64,000 nt of DNA from an uncultured virus (IMG/VR IMGVR_UViG_3300027413_000005) (Duplodnaviria > Heunggongvirae > Uroviricota > Caudoviricetes). Both the position numbers and the translations under genes were made by a program. The first letter of the stretch is position 1. Each line of letters begins with the position of its first letter. The notes under the pieces were generated by a model. The model was not told the DNA's origin and did not search any database. It saw nothing but the letters and a program-made list of their open reading frames with translations. This document shows, in pieces, positions 1-8,083 of the stretch. The stretch spans positions 1 through 64,000 of the IMG/VR virus record IMGVR_UViG_3300027413_000005. One strand, 5' to 3'.

Positions 1-63
1 TGGTACTTTGTCCTCAACTATTATTTTAATTCTGCTATTTCTTGGTACGTCGTATAATTTCAT
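1..63 (-). CDS. Hypothetical protein, 5' part only (MKLYDVPRNSRIKIIVEDKVP..., runs off the window start)
   Basis: ATG at 63-61, 11 nt after the stop of the 75..689 gene; frame open to base 1. Confidence 0.6.
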   Translation of the reverse strand, partial: MKLYDVPRNSRIKIIVEDKVP

Positions 64-74
64 AATTTCTAATT

Positions 75-689
75 TTAAATGTCTGTTGATCCTGTTGGTT
101 CTGATTCTTCTTCTTCCATAATTTCCATAAACGCTTCGTAGGTACGCTGATTGAGATAAGTTAGACTGTTTTGCATGTAAGTAATTCTATTTTGTCCTGA
201 CTTAACTGACATTGTAACTTTTTGCATTACCTCAAACTTTAAAGCTTTGATTAATTGCTCAGCAGTATGTTCTCCTTCTAAAAGTATCGCATCAAATTTA
301 ACTTTACATGAATTCTTGTCTTTTCTAATTGCTCTAGTTCCTTTAAAGCTCTTACCTTTATACTTAAATGTATCTGTGCTAGGATATTCTTTCCACCACT
401 CTTCAAAGTATGTGGACTTTGGTTTTTTCTTTACAAACTTTTTTTCCGTAGTGCTCTCATCTACAAACAATAATAGATCTTTACCCACTGTTGTAAGTTT
501 TTCTTCATCTTTTGTTATAAGACCTTTTCTTATAAGTGATTGATAGATAGCAGCAAGACGCATGCTGTTCTCATAAAGAGGCACTACGTCATACTGGTTT
601 TCTATTAATTTTAATAAGTATATTATGTCTAAGTTATAACTTTTTTTGATGAGCTCTTCGAACTTCTGTGGTGATATGTGTAACTTCAT
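75..689 (-). CDS. Replication initiator / replisome-organiser-like protein
   Basis: FEEWWKEYP and YMQNSLTYLNQRTYE resemble the 'FxxFWxxYP...YxxxxxTWLNQxRW' C-terminal signature of phage replisome organisers; N-terminal wHTH-like segment. Confidence 0.55.
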   Translation of the reverse strand: MKLHISPQKFEELIKKSYNLDIIYLLKLIENQYDVVPLYENSMRLAAIYQSLIRKGLITKDEEKLTTVGKDLLLFVDESTTEKKFVKKKPKSTYFEEWWKEYPSTDTFKYKGKSFKGTRAIRKDKNSCKVKFDAILLEGEHTAEQLIKALKFEVMQKVTMSVKSGQNRITYMQNSLTYLNQRTYEAFMEIMEEEESEPTGSTDI

Positions 690-855
690 CCTTTAATGGT
701 TTTATAACTTTAATAATAGCAGGCTTTCTATTTTTAGCCTCTTGACTTAGCCATTCTTGATATTCTAGTTCTATCAAGTACTGGCGTTCTGCAGCATACA
801 CTTTATCATTAGCGTACGCTGCATGTTCCCAGTCTTCGTTAATTAACCTAGACAT
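634..855 (-). CDS. Hypothetical protein (73 aa, MSRLINEDW...)
   Basis: Track ORF 634..981; the internal ATG at 855 overlaps the end of the upstream gene (ATGTCTAG), which makes it the more likely start. Confidence 0.6.
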   Translation of the reverse strand: MSRLINEDWEHAAYANDKVYAAERQYLIELEYQEWLSQEAKNRKPAIIKVIKPLKDEVTHITTEVRRAHQKKL

Positions 856-1042
856 TCTTTTTCTTGTTTTTAGATCCTTTAGGTCTTCCTGGTCCACGTT
901 TAGCATTCTTACTACCTTTTGGTCTACCTCTTTTGGATTTCTTAACTGGTTTTTGAATTGGTTCAGCTCTAAATATTTCATAAGCTGTATACGCTAATCC
1001 TAACATTAAAATTACTACTACTACTACTGTTACTGTTTTCAT
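848..1042 (-). CDS. Small membrane-anchored protein with two AT-hook-like motifs
   Basis: Hydrophobic N-terminus (VTVVVVVILMLGLAY), then KRGRPKGSKN and PGRPKGSKNK. Confidence 0.7.
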   Translation of the reverse strand: MKTVTVVVVVILMLGLAYTAYEIFRAEPIQKPVKKSKRGRPKGSKNAKRGPGRPKGSKNKKKNV

Positions 1043-1066
1043 TTTACTTGTTTTTATTTATTAATA

Positions 1067-1330
1067 TTAATCTTTAATTCTTAATCCGTATTGGAGGTTA
1101 AACCACTCGAATGTTGTATTTGCTTTACTTGTATTAAACTTGAACACTTTCTTTAGAGCTTTTATAGAATATTTCCTAAACTCTATAGATTGATCTTTTG
1201 TCATTGTCCAGTTAAAATACCACTTATCATCATCAAGAGTATCCACTAATCGTTTTCCAACTATATCTAGTTGATACTCAATCAAATGTCTTGTAATGGT
1301 TGATCTATTTATTTTAGATTTTCTTTTCAT
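1067..1330 (-). CDS. Hypothetical protein
   Basis: 87-aa ORF coupled to the polB stop (TAATG overlap). Confidence 0.75.
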   Translation of the reverse strand: MKRKSKINRSTITRHLIEYQLDIVGKRLVDTLDDDKWYFNWTMTKDQSIEFRKYSIKALKKVFKFNTSKANTTFEWFNLQYGLRIKD

Positions 1331-3294
1331 TAGAATAAACTTATTTGATTAGGAGCAGCATAAGATTTTTTAATTCTTTTGCCTCCTGTTGTAATCTTAG
1401 TTATTAATTTTTCAGCTTTATTTATATAATATGTATAGTTTATATTATCTAACTTACTTGCGTTTGGTAAATAATTACAAACATGACACAACCATTCTCC
1501 AGCTTCAGCTTGTGAACGTTTAGCAGCTTTACTTGTAGACTCATCATTTCTAAGCTTGTAAATCTTTTCTCCATCATTAGATACATAGTATCTTATAAGT
1601 TTATTATATTTACTAGCCTCTCCTGTAATTATATTGATACCTTCATAATGAAAGTCTTTAGAAGCTTTCTTTCTAATGCAAAAGTCAAACAAGTTCTTAT
1701 GTTTTTCTATAGTTTCCCTAACCGGAATGTTGTTTACATAATACTGTTCTAATGCAATAGGAACAATTCTAGCTGACTTGTTCTTGTGAAGTTCAAAGTC
1801 TGTAAGAAAGTCTCCTTTCTTTTTAACATAACCATTAGGCATAATAGCTATATAATCATTGACGGTTGAAAAGATTATCTTTTTGTAGTCTGTTCTTTCC
1901 AAAATATACTGTGTTGTCTCAGACCACTCTGCATTTATTTCATGCATTTTAGGTATTAGATCTTTCTTAACTCTTACAGTTACACCGTCTGTATTAGCAG
2001 AAATAATCTGAATGCCACTCATTTCATATAATTCAATAAGCATCATTAGACTAAGTTCACCAGTTATAGTAGTGAACATAGTTAACTGCCTATCATAAAT
2101 CCATGATAGCATATCAGATGACTTTCCATAAACAGAATTTACTGCAAGCTTAAGAGCTCCAATAATACCTTTAGTTTTACCATCCTTTGCTCCAGTAGCT
2201 TTCAGTTCAAGTCTTTTCTCAAACATCTGCTTGTAGCCAAATAGAAACTCTTTTCCTAAATGTGCAGGATATTTTGCATTGTTAATAATAATTGCAGGAT
2301 AATAACTAGCCACATCCCAATCAATAATTTCATATTCTTCATCTGCCTCAAAGACAGCTGGTTTATTTTCTGTATGTAACCCACCTCTCATAAAAGAATA
2401 AAGATTACCATAGAAATGAATATGTTCTTTAAAGTCATCTTGAAGACCAAGCTTCATACCTTTAATATTAATAAGAAACTTCTTTAGCTTTGTTGTTTTA
2501 AACTTAACATACGGTGCTATACAGTTTTTCATATCTATACTCTTTCTAAAGTATCCTTTTCTAGGAAGCTCTTTAATATCTATACCTTTCTCTTCACAGT
2601 AGTACTTCTTGATAATCTCATCACCAATTTTACTGTCAGAATAGTTAAGACATTCTATACCAAACTCTTCTTGTATGTTTAACCTTAACTGTATTTGATC
2701 ATTACTTTTATACAACGGATGATCAGTGTCACCCACAGTAACCTTATAAAACTCATAAGTAGCATCTACATCATTAAAACAATACTGGAGCGTTAAGAAC
2801 ACCTCGTCCTTAGTCATGTTTGTTTTAGTATAATGTATAGGCATTTCTTCGATGTTCTCTAAGTCCATCTCAAACTCTAACCTCTTGAGACTAACACGTC
2901 TGTTCTTGTTATCGTAGTGATGTATCTTAAATAAATCTAACTGTTTCAGACTTAACTCATGTTCTCTATACTCTGGAAAAACATCATAATTAGCATCATG
3001 TATAACATCTTGAGCTTTCTGTGCTATCATTGCACATATTTCTAGACCAGTACCTTCATGCCAGTTTTCACAGTTTCTAAGTATCCATTCTACAACTTGA
3101 GCATCAAAACGTAAGTTATTATAACCCACCCAATATGATTCTTTGTATGTTTCAGTATATTTTACGAATGAATCTAGTTGATTTTGCCACTTGCTAACTG
3201 TAAAGCTTCTAGGTGTTTTACCAGGCTGCATACATACAACTATGAAGCATTCTTGCATAGTTTCTATGTCATATATAATTACATCTTTAATCAT
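1330..3294 (-). CDS. polB: DNA polymerase family B (crAss-like type)
   Basis: Exonuclease motifs YDIET, GYNNLRFD and YCFNDV; polymerase motifs DWDVASYYP, KLAVNSVYG and ANTDG. Confidence 0.95.
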   Translation of the reverse strand: MIKDVIIYDIETMQECFIVVCMQPGKTPRSFTVSKWQNQLDSFVKYTETYKESYWVGYNNLRFDAQVVEWILRNCENWHEGTGLEICAMIAQKAQDVIHDANYDVFPEYREHELSLKQLDLFKIHHYDNKNRRVSLKRLEFEMDLENIEEMPIHYTKTNMTKDEVFLTLQYCFNDVDATYEFYKVTVGDTDHPLYKSNDQIQLRLNIQEEFGIECLNYSDSKIGDEIIKKYYCEEKGIDIKELPRKGYFRKSIDMKNCIAPYVKFKTTKLKKFLINIKGMKLGLQDDFKEHIHFYGNLYSFMRGGLHTENKPAVFEADEEYEIIDWDVASYYPAIIINNAKYPAHLGKEFLFGYKQMFEKRLELKATGAKDGKTKGIIGALKLAVNSVYGKSSDMLSWIYDRQLTMFTTITGELSLMMLIELYEMSGIQIISANTDGVTVRVKKDLIPKMHEINAEWSETTQYILERTDYKKIIFSTVNDYIAIMPNGYVKKKGDFLTDFELHKNKSARIVPIALEQYYVNNIPVRETIEKHKNLFDFCIRKKASKDFHYEGINIITGEASKYNKLIRYYVSNDGEKIYKLRNDESTSKAAKRSQAEAGEWLCHVCNYLPNASKLDNINYTYYINKAEKLITKITTGGKRIKKSYAAPNQISLF

Positions 3295-3484
3295 TTTGTT
3301 TGTTTTTATAGTCGTTATAGTCTAAATAGAACCCAATGCCTACAATTATATGCAAACCTACACTGCTTAGTAGTTCGTATAGGTCATGAAAATTATGTAT
3401 AGACAGGTGAATATGACCTACTATCCAGAATGGTATAGCTAGCTGTTGGCTTATCCATCTAATTAGAAAGATTAATAGTTTCAT
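3287..3484 (-). CDS. Small membrane protein
   Basis: 65 aa with two hydrophobic stretches; overlaps the polB start. Confidence 0.65.
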   Translation of the reverse strand: MKLLIFLIRWISQQLAIPFWIVGHIHLSIHNFHDLYELLSSVGLHIIVGIGFYLDYNDYKNKQND

Positions 3485-3505
3485 AAAATATGTTTAAGTA
3501 TGTTA

Positions 3506-3536
3506 CAAAAGTAATGAATTTAGTTAGATTACCAAA
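3506..3536 (-). promoter_or_regulatory. Bacteroidota sigma-A-type promoter for the polB operon
   Basis: Minus strand reads TTTG (3536-3533) - 19 nt - TACTTTTG (3513-3506), just upstream of the ATG at 3484. Confidence 0.7.
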
Positions 3537-4104
3537 TAGAAAACCCACCACAATTCTTAAGAAACTTAATAAATTCCTTAATCAACCACAGAGGTGTACC
3601 GTGTGAAGGGTAATATACATTTCCATCATCACTAACGATACTAGTAAACATAATTGTACCATAAGGATAATCTTTGTTAAGTTTCTCTGCTGTCTCATCA
3701 TCTATTAATCCCTGACTTCCTCTTTGGTTCCAAGAATTCATGTTACAATAAATTACATCCTCAGGATCTATTAAATTATCTTCTTGATCAACAACTTTTT
3801 CTAGTGCATCTGCTACAGCATTACACTCTTGCCAGTTATCTAACCCCATGCCATCATTACCCATCCATTCATCAAAGTTAAACTTAAGTTCATGTTGTTC
3901 TGCTGCATGTTTACATAACATAACTATCGGTCTCCAGGACCACCAATTACTTCTAAAGTAATAACCAGGGTTATTATGTTCCCATTTCTCTACTGCGTCC
4001 CAGTATTCTTTCTTTTGCTTATCAGTAACACTGTCATCATTGTAATCAATCTCAGGTTTCTTGCCTATTAACTTTGGCGCTTTGCCATAAATATCTACTC
4101 CCAT
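3529..4104 (-). CDS. Conserved-looking phage protein of unknown function
   Basis: 191 aa; MGVDIYG, YFRSNWWSWRP and EFIKFLKNCGGFSIW motifs. Confidence 0.8.
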   Translation of the reverse strand: MGVDIYGKAPKLIGKKPEIDYNDDSVTDKQKKEYWDAVEKWEHNNPGYYFRSNWWSWRPIVMLCKHAAEQHELKFNFDEWMGNDGMGLDNWQECNAVADALEKVVDQEDNLIDPEDVIYCNMNSWNQRGSQGLIDDETAEKLNKDYPYGTIMFTSIVSDDGNVYYPSHGTPLWLIKEFIKFLKNCGGFSIW

Positions 4105-4106
4105 AA

Positions 4107-4229
4107 TTATTTGATTTTTTTATATGCTGCTAGCATTTGTTTCTCGTTTTTAACGTATTTATTATTTATCTTAAGCATCCATCTTTGAAATGCTTGTCTT
4201 CTTAGTATTTTATTTGCACCTGTTGCCAT
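4107..4229 (-). CDS. Small basic protein (40 aa, MATGANKILRR...)
   Basis: Internal ATG of track ORF 4107..4346, 1 nt after the stop of the upstream small gene. Confidence 0.55.
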   Translation of the reverse strand: MATGANKILRRQAFQRWMLKINNKYVKNEKQMLAAYKKIK

Positions 4230-4230
4230 A

Positions 4231-4359
4231 TTAAATAGTATCTTCCCAATAAGGGTCTGGTTCTTCTTGTTCGTTAAACTCTGCATGTTCTTTACAATCA
4301 GAGCATCTATCTGTGTCATACCATCTTGATGCGCCACAGCAATCACTTAGCTCTTCCAT
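4231..4359 (-). CDS. Small zinc-ribbon-like protein (42 aa, MEELSDCCGASRWYDTDRCSDCKEHAEF...)
   Basis: Hand-translated; SxCCGA...CxxCxEH pattern; packed between neighbours. Confidence 0.7.
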   Translation of the reverse strand: MEELSDCCGASRWYDTDRCSDCKEHAEFNEQEEPDPYWEDTI

Positions 4360-4478
4360 TAGTATCTGTAATCATTATTATCAAAGTCTTCCCAATCTTC
4401 TGGCCATAGAAGTTTGCCTATAAATTTTCCTAGCACTAACGCTATAGCTGCTAAGCCTAACCACATAATTGTTTCCAT
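4359..4478 (-). CDS. Small single-pass membrane protein (39 aa, METIMWLGLAAIALVLG...)
   Basis: Hand-translated; TAATG coupling to the downstream gene. Confidence 0.6.
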   Translation of the reverse strand: METIMWLGLAAIALVLGKFIGKLLWPEDWEDFDNNDYRY

Positions 4479-4502
4479 AATTCTAATTGTTTAAGTTTAT
4501 TA

Positions 4503-4961
4503 TTAAATTTCTATATCTTCGTCTTCATCATCTAGTAATCCACGTAAAATGACAAGGTTTTCTTCGTAAATAGGAAGAATTCTACCCTTCTCTAACTCAT
4601 CATCATCTACAAGGATTTCAATGAGTCCATCAAAGTCTCTCATGACTATGTTCATTTCCTTGACTGTAAAGTCTTGTAGTTCTGTTTCATGCATAGGATG
4701 ATCGAACCATCCTATTTCATCAGGTGTTGCTACAACCTTACCATCCTCATCTATTAAATAGGGATAAACAGGGAAACCATTGTTCATGTAAACTATTTCT
4801 GTGCTATGTTCAGCAATATTAAATCCAGAACTACTTAATGAAAACAACTCTAGATGTTCTTTTTCTTCACTACCAGGGTATAAATGATTCATAAATATCA
4901 TTTCTTCGTTTAATTCATCTGCGTCATAATGACGAAAATGTAATTCAGTTGCTATCCACAT
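4503..4961 (-). CDS. Acidic hypothetical protein
   Basis: 152-aa ORF in operon orientation. Confidence 0.8.
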   Translation of the reverse strand: MWIATELHFRHYDADELNEEMIFMNHLYPGSEEKEHLELFSLSSSGFNIAEHSTEIVYMNNGFPVYPYLIDEDGKVVATPDEIGWFDHPMHETELQDFTVKEMNIVMRDFDGLIEILVDDDELEKGRILPIYEENLVILRGLLDDEDEDIEI

Positions 4962-5245
4962 TATATTCTCTTTTTAGGTGTTGGTGACATTAATTCATAA
5001 ACACTGTATTGTGATGACAGTCTTAGTAATATGTGAAGCATTTCAGCTTCTTCTATTGTCCATTGTTCTTGACCGGCAATCTCAAACACTTTTACATGTG
5101 TTTTATTTATGTCTAGCTGCATACATAATTTATCATCACAATATAACATGTGACTTTCTTGTAAATCATTATTCATTACTAAGTAATCATAAGCATGTAC
5201 ATCATCTACTATGACTTGCTCTTTGTGAAGGTGTTTTAGTTCCAT
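4961..5245 (-). CDS. Hypothetical protein
   Basis: 94-aa ORF, TAATG-coupled. Confidence 0.75.
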   Translation of the reverse strand: MELKHLHKEQVIVDDVHAYDYLVMNNDLQESHMLYCDDKLCMQLDINKTHVKVFEIAGQEQWTIEEAEMLHILLRLSSQYSVYELMSPTPKKRI

Positions 5246-5328
5246 TTTTTAAGTTTTATTTAATAGTTCGTTTTTTATTTTTAATAACTTCGGCAGCAAA
5301 CACTATTTAGTGACGAAGTATAGTTTTT

Positions 5329-5622
5329 CTAGAATAATCCATAGAGGTGATATTTAAGTTTTATTTCCTCACCTCGTTTTATATCTCTAATTGTTAAAAG
5401 ATGTAGTGTTTCTTCTACAACTATTAACTGCACATTAGGATCTTCACTATGATTAATGAATCCACCTAATGGAGTTCTTATATAATTGTGCTCATAATTT
5501 TCATTACGCACATGAGTTATTCCTAAGTCAATACCTTTAAGAAGTTTTTTTCTAGCAAACACACCTAACCCATGTATTGAAGATTTTCTTATTGTAAGAC
5601 TTTCTGGTAATGGTTTATACAT
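5329..5622 (-). CDS. Minimal SET-domain protein (putative lysine methyltransferase)
   Basis: SSIHGLGVFA, GGFINHSEDPN and RDIKRGEEIKLKY match the SET motifs GxG, RFINHSCxPN and ELxFDY. Confidence 0.88.
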   Translation of the reverse strand: MYKPLPESLTIRKSSIHGLGVFARKKLLKGIDLGITHVRNENYEHNYIRTPLGGFINHSEDPNVQLIVVEETLHLLTIRDIKRGEEIKLKYHLYGLF

Positions 5623-5641
5623 CTTTTATTATTTTAATCAT

Positions 5642-5866
5642 CTATAATATTGCTACTTCAACCCATCCTTTTTCTGAATAACTTATTTCTGCAACATAGC
5701 CATCATCTTTGAGTTCTTGTTCTAATTCTAATGCAGCTTCCCACAATTCTGGTTCAGGAATTTCATCATGTTCATTGTCATGACATATAGCACCTTGGCA
5801 CTCGTAAAATTCATGTTCTTGATTCCACTCAAATCTCCAGTTGTCAATTGTTTTGTATTTTTCCAT
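5642..5866 (-). CDS. Acidic hypothetical protein
   Basis: 74-aa ORF in operon. Confidence 0.7.
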   Translation of the reverse strand: MEKYKTIDNWRFEWNQEHEFYECQGAICHDNEHDEIPEPELWEAALELEQELKDDGYVAEISYSEKGWVEVAIL

Positions 5867-5867
5867 T

Positions 5868-6218
5868 TTATTTTTCTATTGATAATGTTATGTTATTCCA
5901 CTTTCCTCCTTTTAATGATTGATCAACTAAAAAGTCTATTCTTTTAGTCCATCTTTTATTCATTCTGTCTTGTACTGTCCATAGCCCATCCATTGAACCT
6001 GCTCCTTGAACACAAACAACAGTTCCAAAAGTATATCCTAGAGGTTCTAAATCTCTGGACACAGCAATCCATCTATGACCTCCAGGATTATCTTTATCTA
6101 TAACTTTGTTAGACGCTGTTATAAATGGTGTATCATCTGTTTGTCCAGGAACAGCATGATAAATTGTTGCTGTCACTGAAACTTTAAGTGTAAACAGTAT
6201 TAGTATTAACGTTTTCAT
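5868..6218 (-). CDS. 3D (Asp-Asp-Asp) domain protein with signal-like N-terminus; putative cell-wall-acting enzyme
   Basis: VTATIY...QTDDTPFITAS...IAVSRDL...FGTVV...VQDRMNKRW..RIDF matches the 3D/MltA-like double-psi barrel. Confidence 0.8.
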   Translation of the reverse strand: MKTLILILFTLKVSVTATIYHAVPGQTDDTPFITASNKVIDKDNPGGHRWIAVSRDLEPLGYTFGTVVCVQGAGSMDGLWTVQDRMNKRWTKRIDFLVDQSLKGGKWNNITLSIEK

Positions 6219-6451
6219 ATTTCCATTTTATTTAAGATTAATGCTTCTATTTCTTCTATAGTCTCATAATGTAGAATACCAATGATATCTTGATCTCCAC
6301 ATAATATTATATGTGACTCAAACTCTGCAGGTGCTCCTGGGTAACCACTACCATCAGATGATACGTAAGTTATTTCTGATTCACCTGGACTGTAATAACC
6401 AGTAACAGTAAGTGCTACTTCTAAGTATTTTATATCTATACTAATTTTCAT
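6215..6451 (-). CDS. Hypothetical protein
   Basis: 78-aa ORF; ATGA overlap with the downstream gene. Confidence 0.7.
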   Translation of the reverse strand: MKISIDIKYLEVALTVTGYYSPGESEITYVSSDGSGYPGAPAEFESHIILCGDQDIIGILHYETIEEIEALILNKMEI

Positions 6452-6453
6452 AA

Positions 6454-6630
6454 TTATTTATCTTTAATTTCTACATACTTTCCTTCAACCTTATCAATGC
6501 TATAAACATCAAGATATCTATAAAGAGTTCGCTCAGTTATTTCTAACTTTTTAGCAGCATTAGCTTTATGTCCATCACATCTGTTCATAGCTTTGATAAT
6601 AAGTATTATGTGTGCTTCTCTAATCGTCAT
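6454..6630 (-). CDS. Fis-type helix-turn-helix protein (58 aa)
   Basis: Hand-translated MTIREAHIILIIKAMNRCDGHKANAAKKLEITERTLYRYL..., matching HTH_8 'AL....GN...AA..LGI.R.TLYR'. Confidence 0.8.
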   Translation of the reverse strand: MTIREAHIILIIKAMNRCDGHKANAAKKLEITERTLYRYLDVYSIDKVEGKYVEIKDK

Positions 6631-6949
6631 TCATCAACTCTTCTAGCTCATCTATTGCCTCTTCTACAAAAACACTGTCCATATCATCTACATAGATAGT
6701 TACTGGTTTTTTAGATTTTGCACTGTCTTCAAAGTTGTACCTAATAAATTCTACCAAAGCATCACTTAAATCGCTATCATAGTAATTGACATTTTCATTT
6801 ACGTGAATATTATTAATGTCACTTGTAGCTATATACACTGAATAGCCATCAGCTGTTGATTCTTCGTAAATGTAATAAGCGTGACTATTTGCCCACTCAT
6901 CTGATATTGTAAACTTAAAATGTTTCTGTACTGCTTCTAGATTTTTCAT
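6620..6949 (-). CDS. Acidic hypothetical protein
   Basis: 109-aa ORF in operon. Confidence 0.75.
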   Translation of the reverse strand: MKNLEAVQKHFKFTISDEWANSHAYYIYEESTADGYSVYIATSDINNIHVNENVNYYDSDLSDALVEFIRYNFEDSAKSKKPVTIYVDDMDSVFVEEAIDELEELMNDD

Positions 6950-6954
6950 GTTTT

Positions 6955-7113
6955 TTATTTTATTAGTTGTGTTATAATTAGTGACATTCCTATAATTGCT
7001 ATCACTATTAGTACTATAAATTTACAGATTTCTTCTGTCTTTTGTTTACGTGCTTCAGACTCTTTTAGAGCCTTAACGTAATCTATTTTAAAATGTTTGT
7101 TCTTTTTTTTCAT
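6955..7113 (-). CDS. Small protein with a C-terminal TM helix (52 aa)
   Basis: Hand-translated MKKKNKHF...FIVLIVIAIIGMSLIITQLIK. Confidence 0.6.
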   Translation of the reverse strand: MKKKNKHFKIDYVKALKESEARKQKTEEICKFIVLIVIAIIGMSLIITQLIK

Positions 7114-7114
7114 A

Positions 7115-7261
7115 TCAGTATCCTATTTGTTCTAGAGCTTCATCTTTAGCTTCCACTGTGTAAATAGTGTTAGCAATGTTACACATGAATAACACTCCAT
7201 ATAGGAATGCAACTTTTCTAAATCTGTAAAACTCTACTGGTGTTAGTTTAATCTTTCTCAT
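7115..7261 (-). CDS. Small hypothetical protein (48 aa, MRKIKLTPVEFYRF...)
   Basis: Hand-translated; fills the gap between neighbours. Confidence 0.6.
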   Translation of the reverse strand: MRKIKLTPVEFYRFRKVAFLYGVLFMCNIANTIYTVEAKDEALEQIGY

Positions 7262-7271
7262 TTTGTATTTA

Positions 7272-7460
7272 TTAATGGTTTAACTTATTTATTACTTCTA
7301 TCCACTTATCACCTTGAGCAACTACTTGCTCATTATTAATGTCAAAGACATACCATCTATCAAAGACTTTAACCTTTGCTAATTGTACATCTATTTTTCT
7401 ACTCTTCAATCTAAATCTTCCTTTGTTAGGTATAGTAACCCAACGCTTCTTATCATTCAT
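7272..7460 (-). CDS. Hypothetical protein
   Basis: 62-aa ORF; ATGA overlap with the upstream gene. Confidence 0.65.
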   Translation of the reverse strand: MNDKKRWVTIPNKGRFRLKSRKIDVQLAKVKVFDRWYVFDINNEQVVAQGDKWIEVINKLNH

Positions 7461-7627
7461 TCTTTACTCTCTTTCAGAGCATCTTCAAGTCTTTGAAGTC
7501 TAAGTTTCTTTTCTTCTTGCCATTCCTCATAGCATTGTTGACATGTATGTACCTCATCACAGGTACAAGTTAGCTCAGGAGATATCTTATAGAGCTCCCA
7601 AGCAAATTGTGCATCTTCAAAGAACAT
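7457..7627 (-). CDS. Small Cys-containing protein (56 aa, CTCDEVHTCQQC)
   Basis: Hand-translated; CxC...CxxC putative Zn site. Confidence 0.65.
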   Translation of the reverse strand: MFFEDAQFAWELYKISPELTCTCDEVHTCQQCYEEWQEEKKLRLQRLEDALKESKE

Positions 7628-7630
7628 AAC

Positions 7631-7780
7631 CTAAACTATTTCTTTGACTTCAAATTCTTTTCCTTCTGAGTTGAATCTCTGAGAAAGGGCTTGCTTCATT
7701 ATATAAGCTTGTCCACGATTAGTGAAAATACCCCATTTAGTATTATCAGATCCTTGGACGTAATGTGTATATTCAAACAT
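7631..7780 (-). CDS. Small hypothetical protein (49 aa, MFEYTHYVQG...)
   Basis: Hand-translated; leader TAAGATT-ATG identical to that of the 8084..8533 gene. Confidence 0.6.
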   Translation of the reverse strand: MFEYTHYVQGSDNTKWGIFTNRGQAYIMKQALSQRFNSEGKEFEVKEIV

Positions 7781-8042
7781 AATCTTATTAGTACAATGCT
7801 CTTCAGCTTTAGAGCTCCCTAACTTAATATAAGCATAGAGAGAAAGTTATTAGGAGATAGTATAAGAATAGCATGTTAATGCTATATATATATTATAGGT
7901 GATGATTTGTATCACCGTGATAAATGTGGCAAATAGTATGGAGTGTGTACACTACCTCTCTTACATTCACACAAAACATATAGTTTTTGTTGTATAAGTA
8001 AGGCCCACACCTAAAGAAAGGCATCTTTCCCACCCTATATAT

Positions 8043-8072
8043 AAAGAAGAGAGGTGTTACGCTCTCCTCTTT
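8043..8072 (-). terminator. Hairpin after the 8084..8533 gene
   Basis: Minus strand AAAGAGGAGAG-8 nt-CTCTCTTCTTT, 11-bp stem with one G:U pair. Confidence 0.55.
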
Positions 8073-8083
8073 AAGGGTTTTGC

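Noticed and set aside
856..981. N-terminal extension of track ORF 634..981
   Set aside because: Overlaps the better-supported AT-hook gene; the coupled ATG at 855 explains the locus more simply
5246..5328. Imperfect hairpin or antisense TAACTTCG promoter downstream of the SET gene
   Set aside because: Short, bulged stems and no matching -33 element; too weak to call
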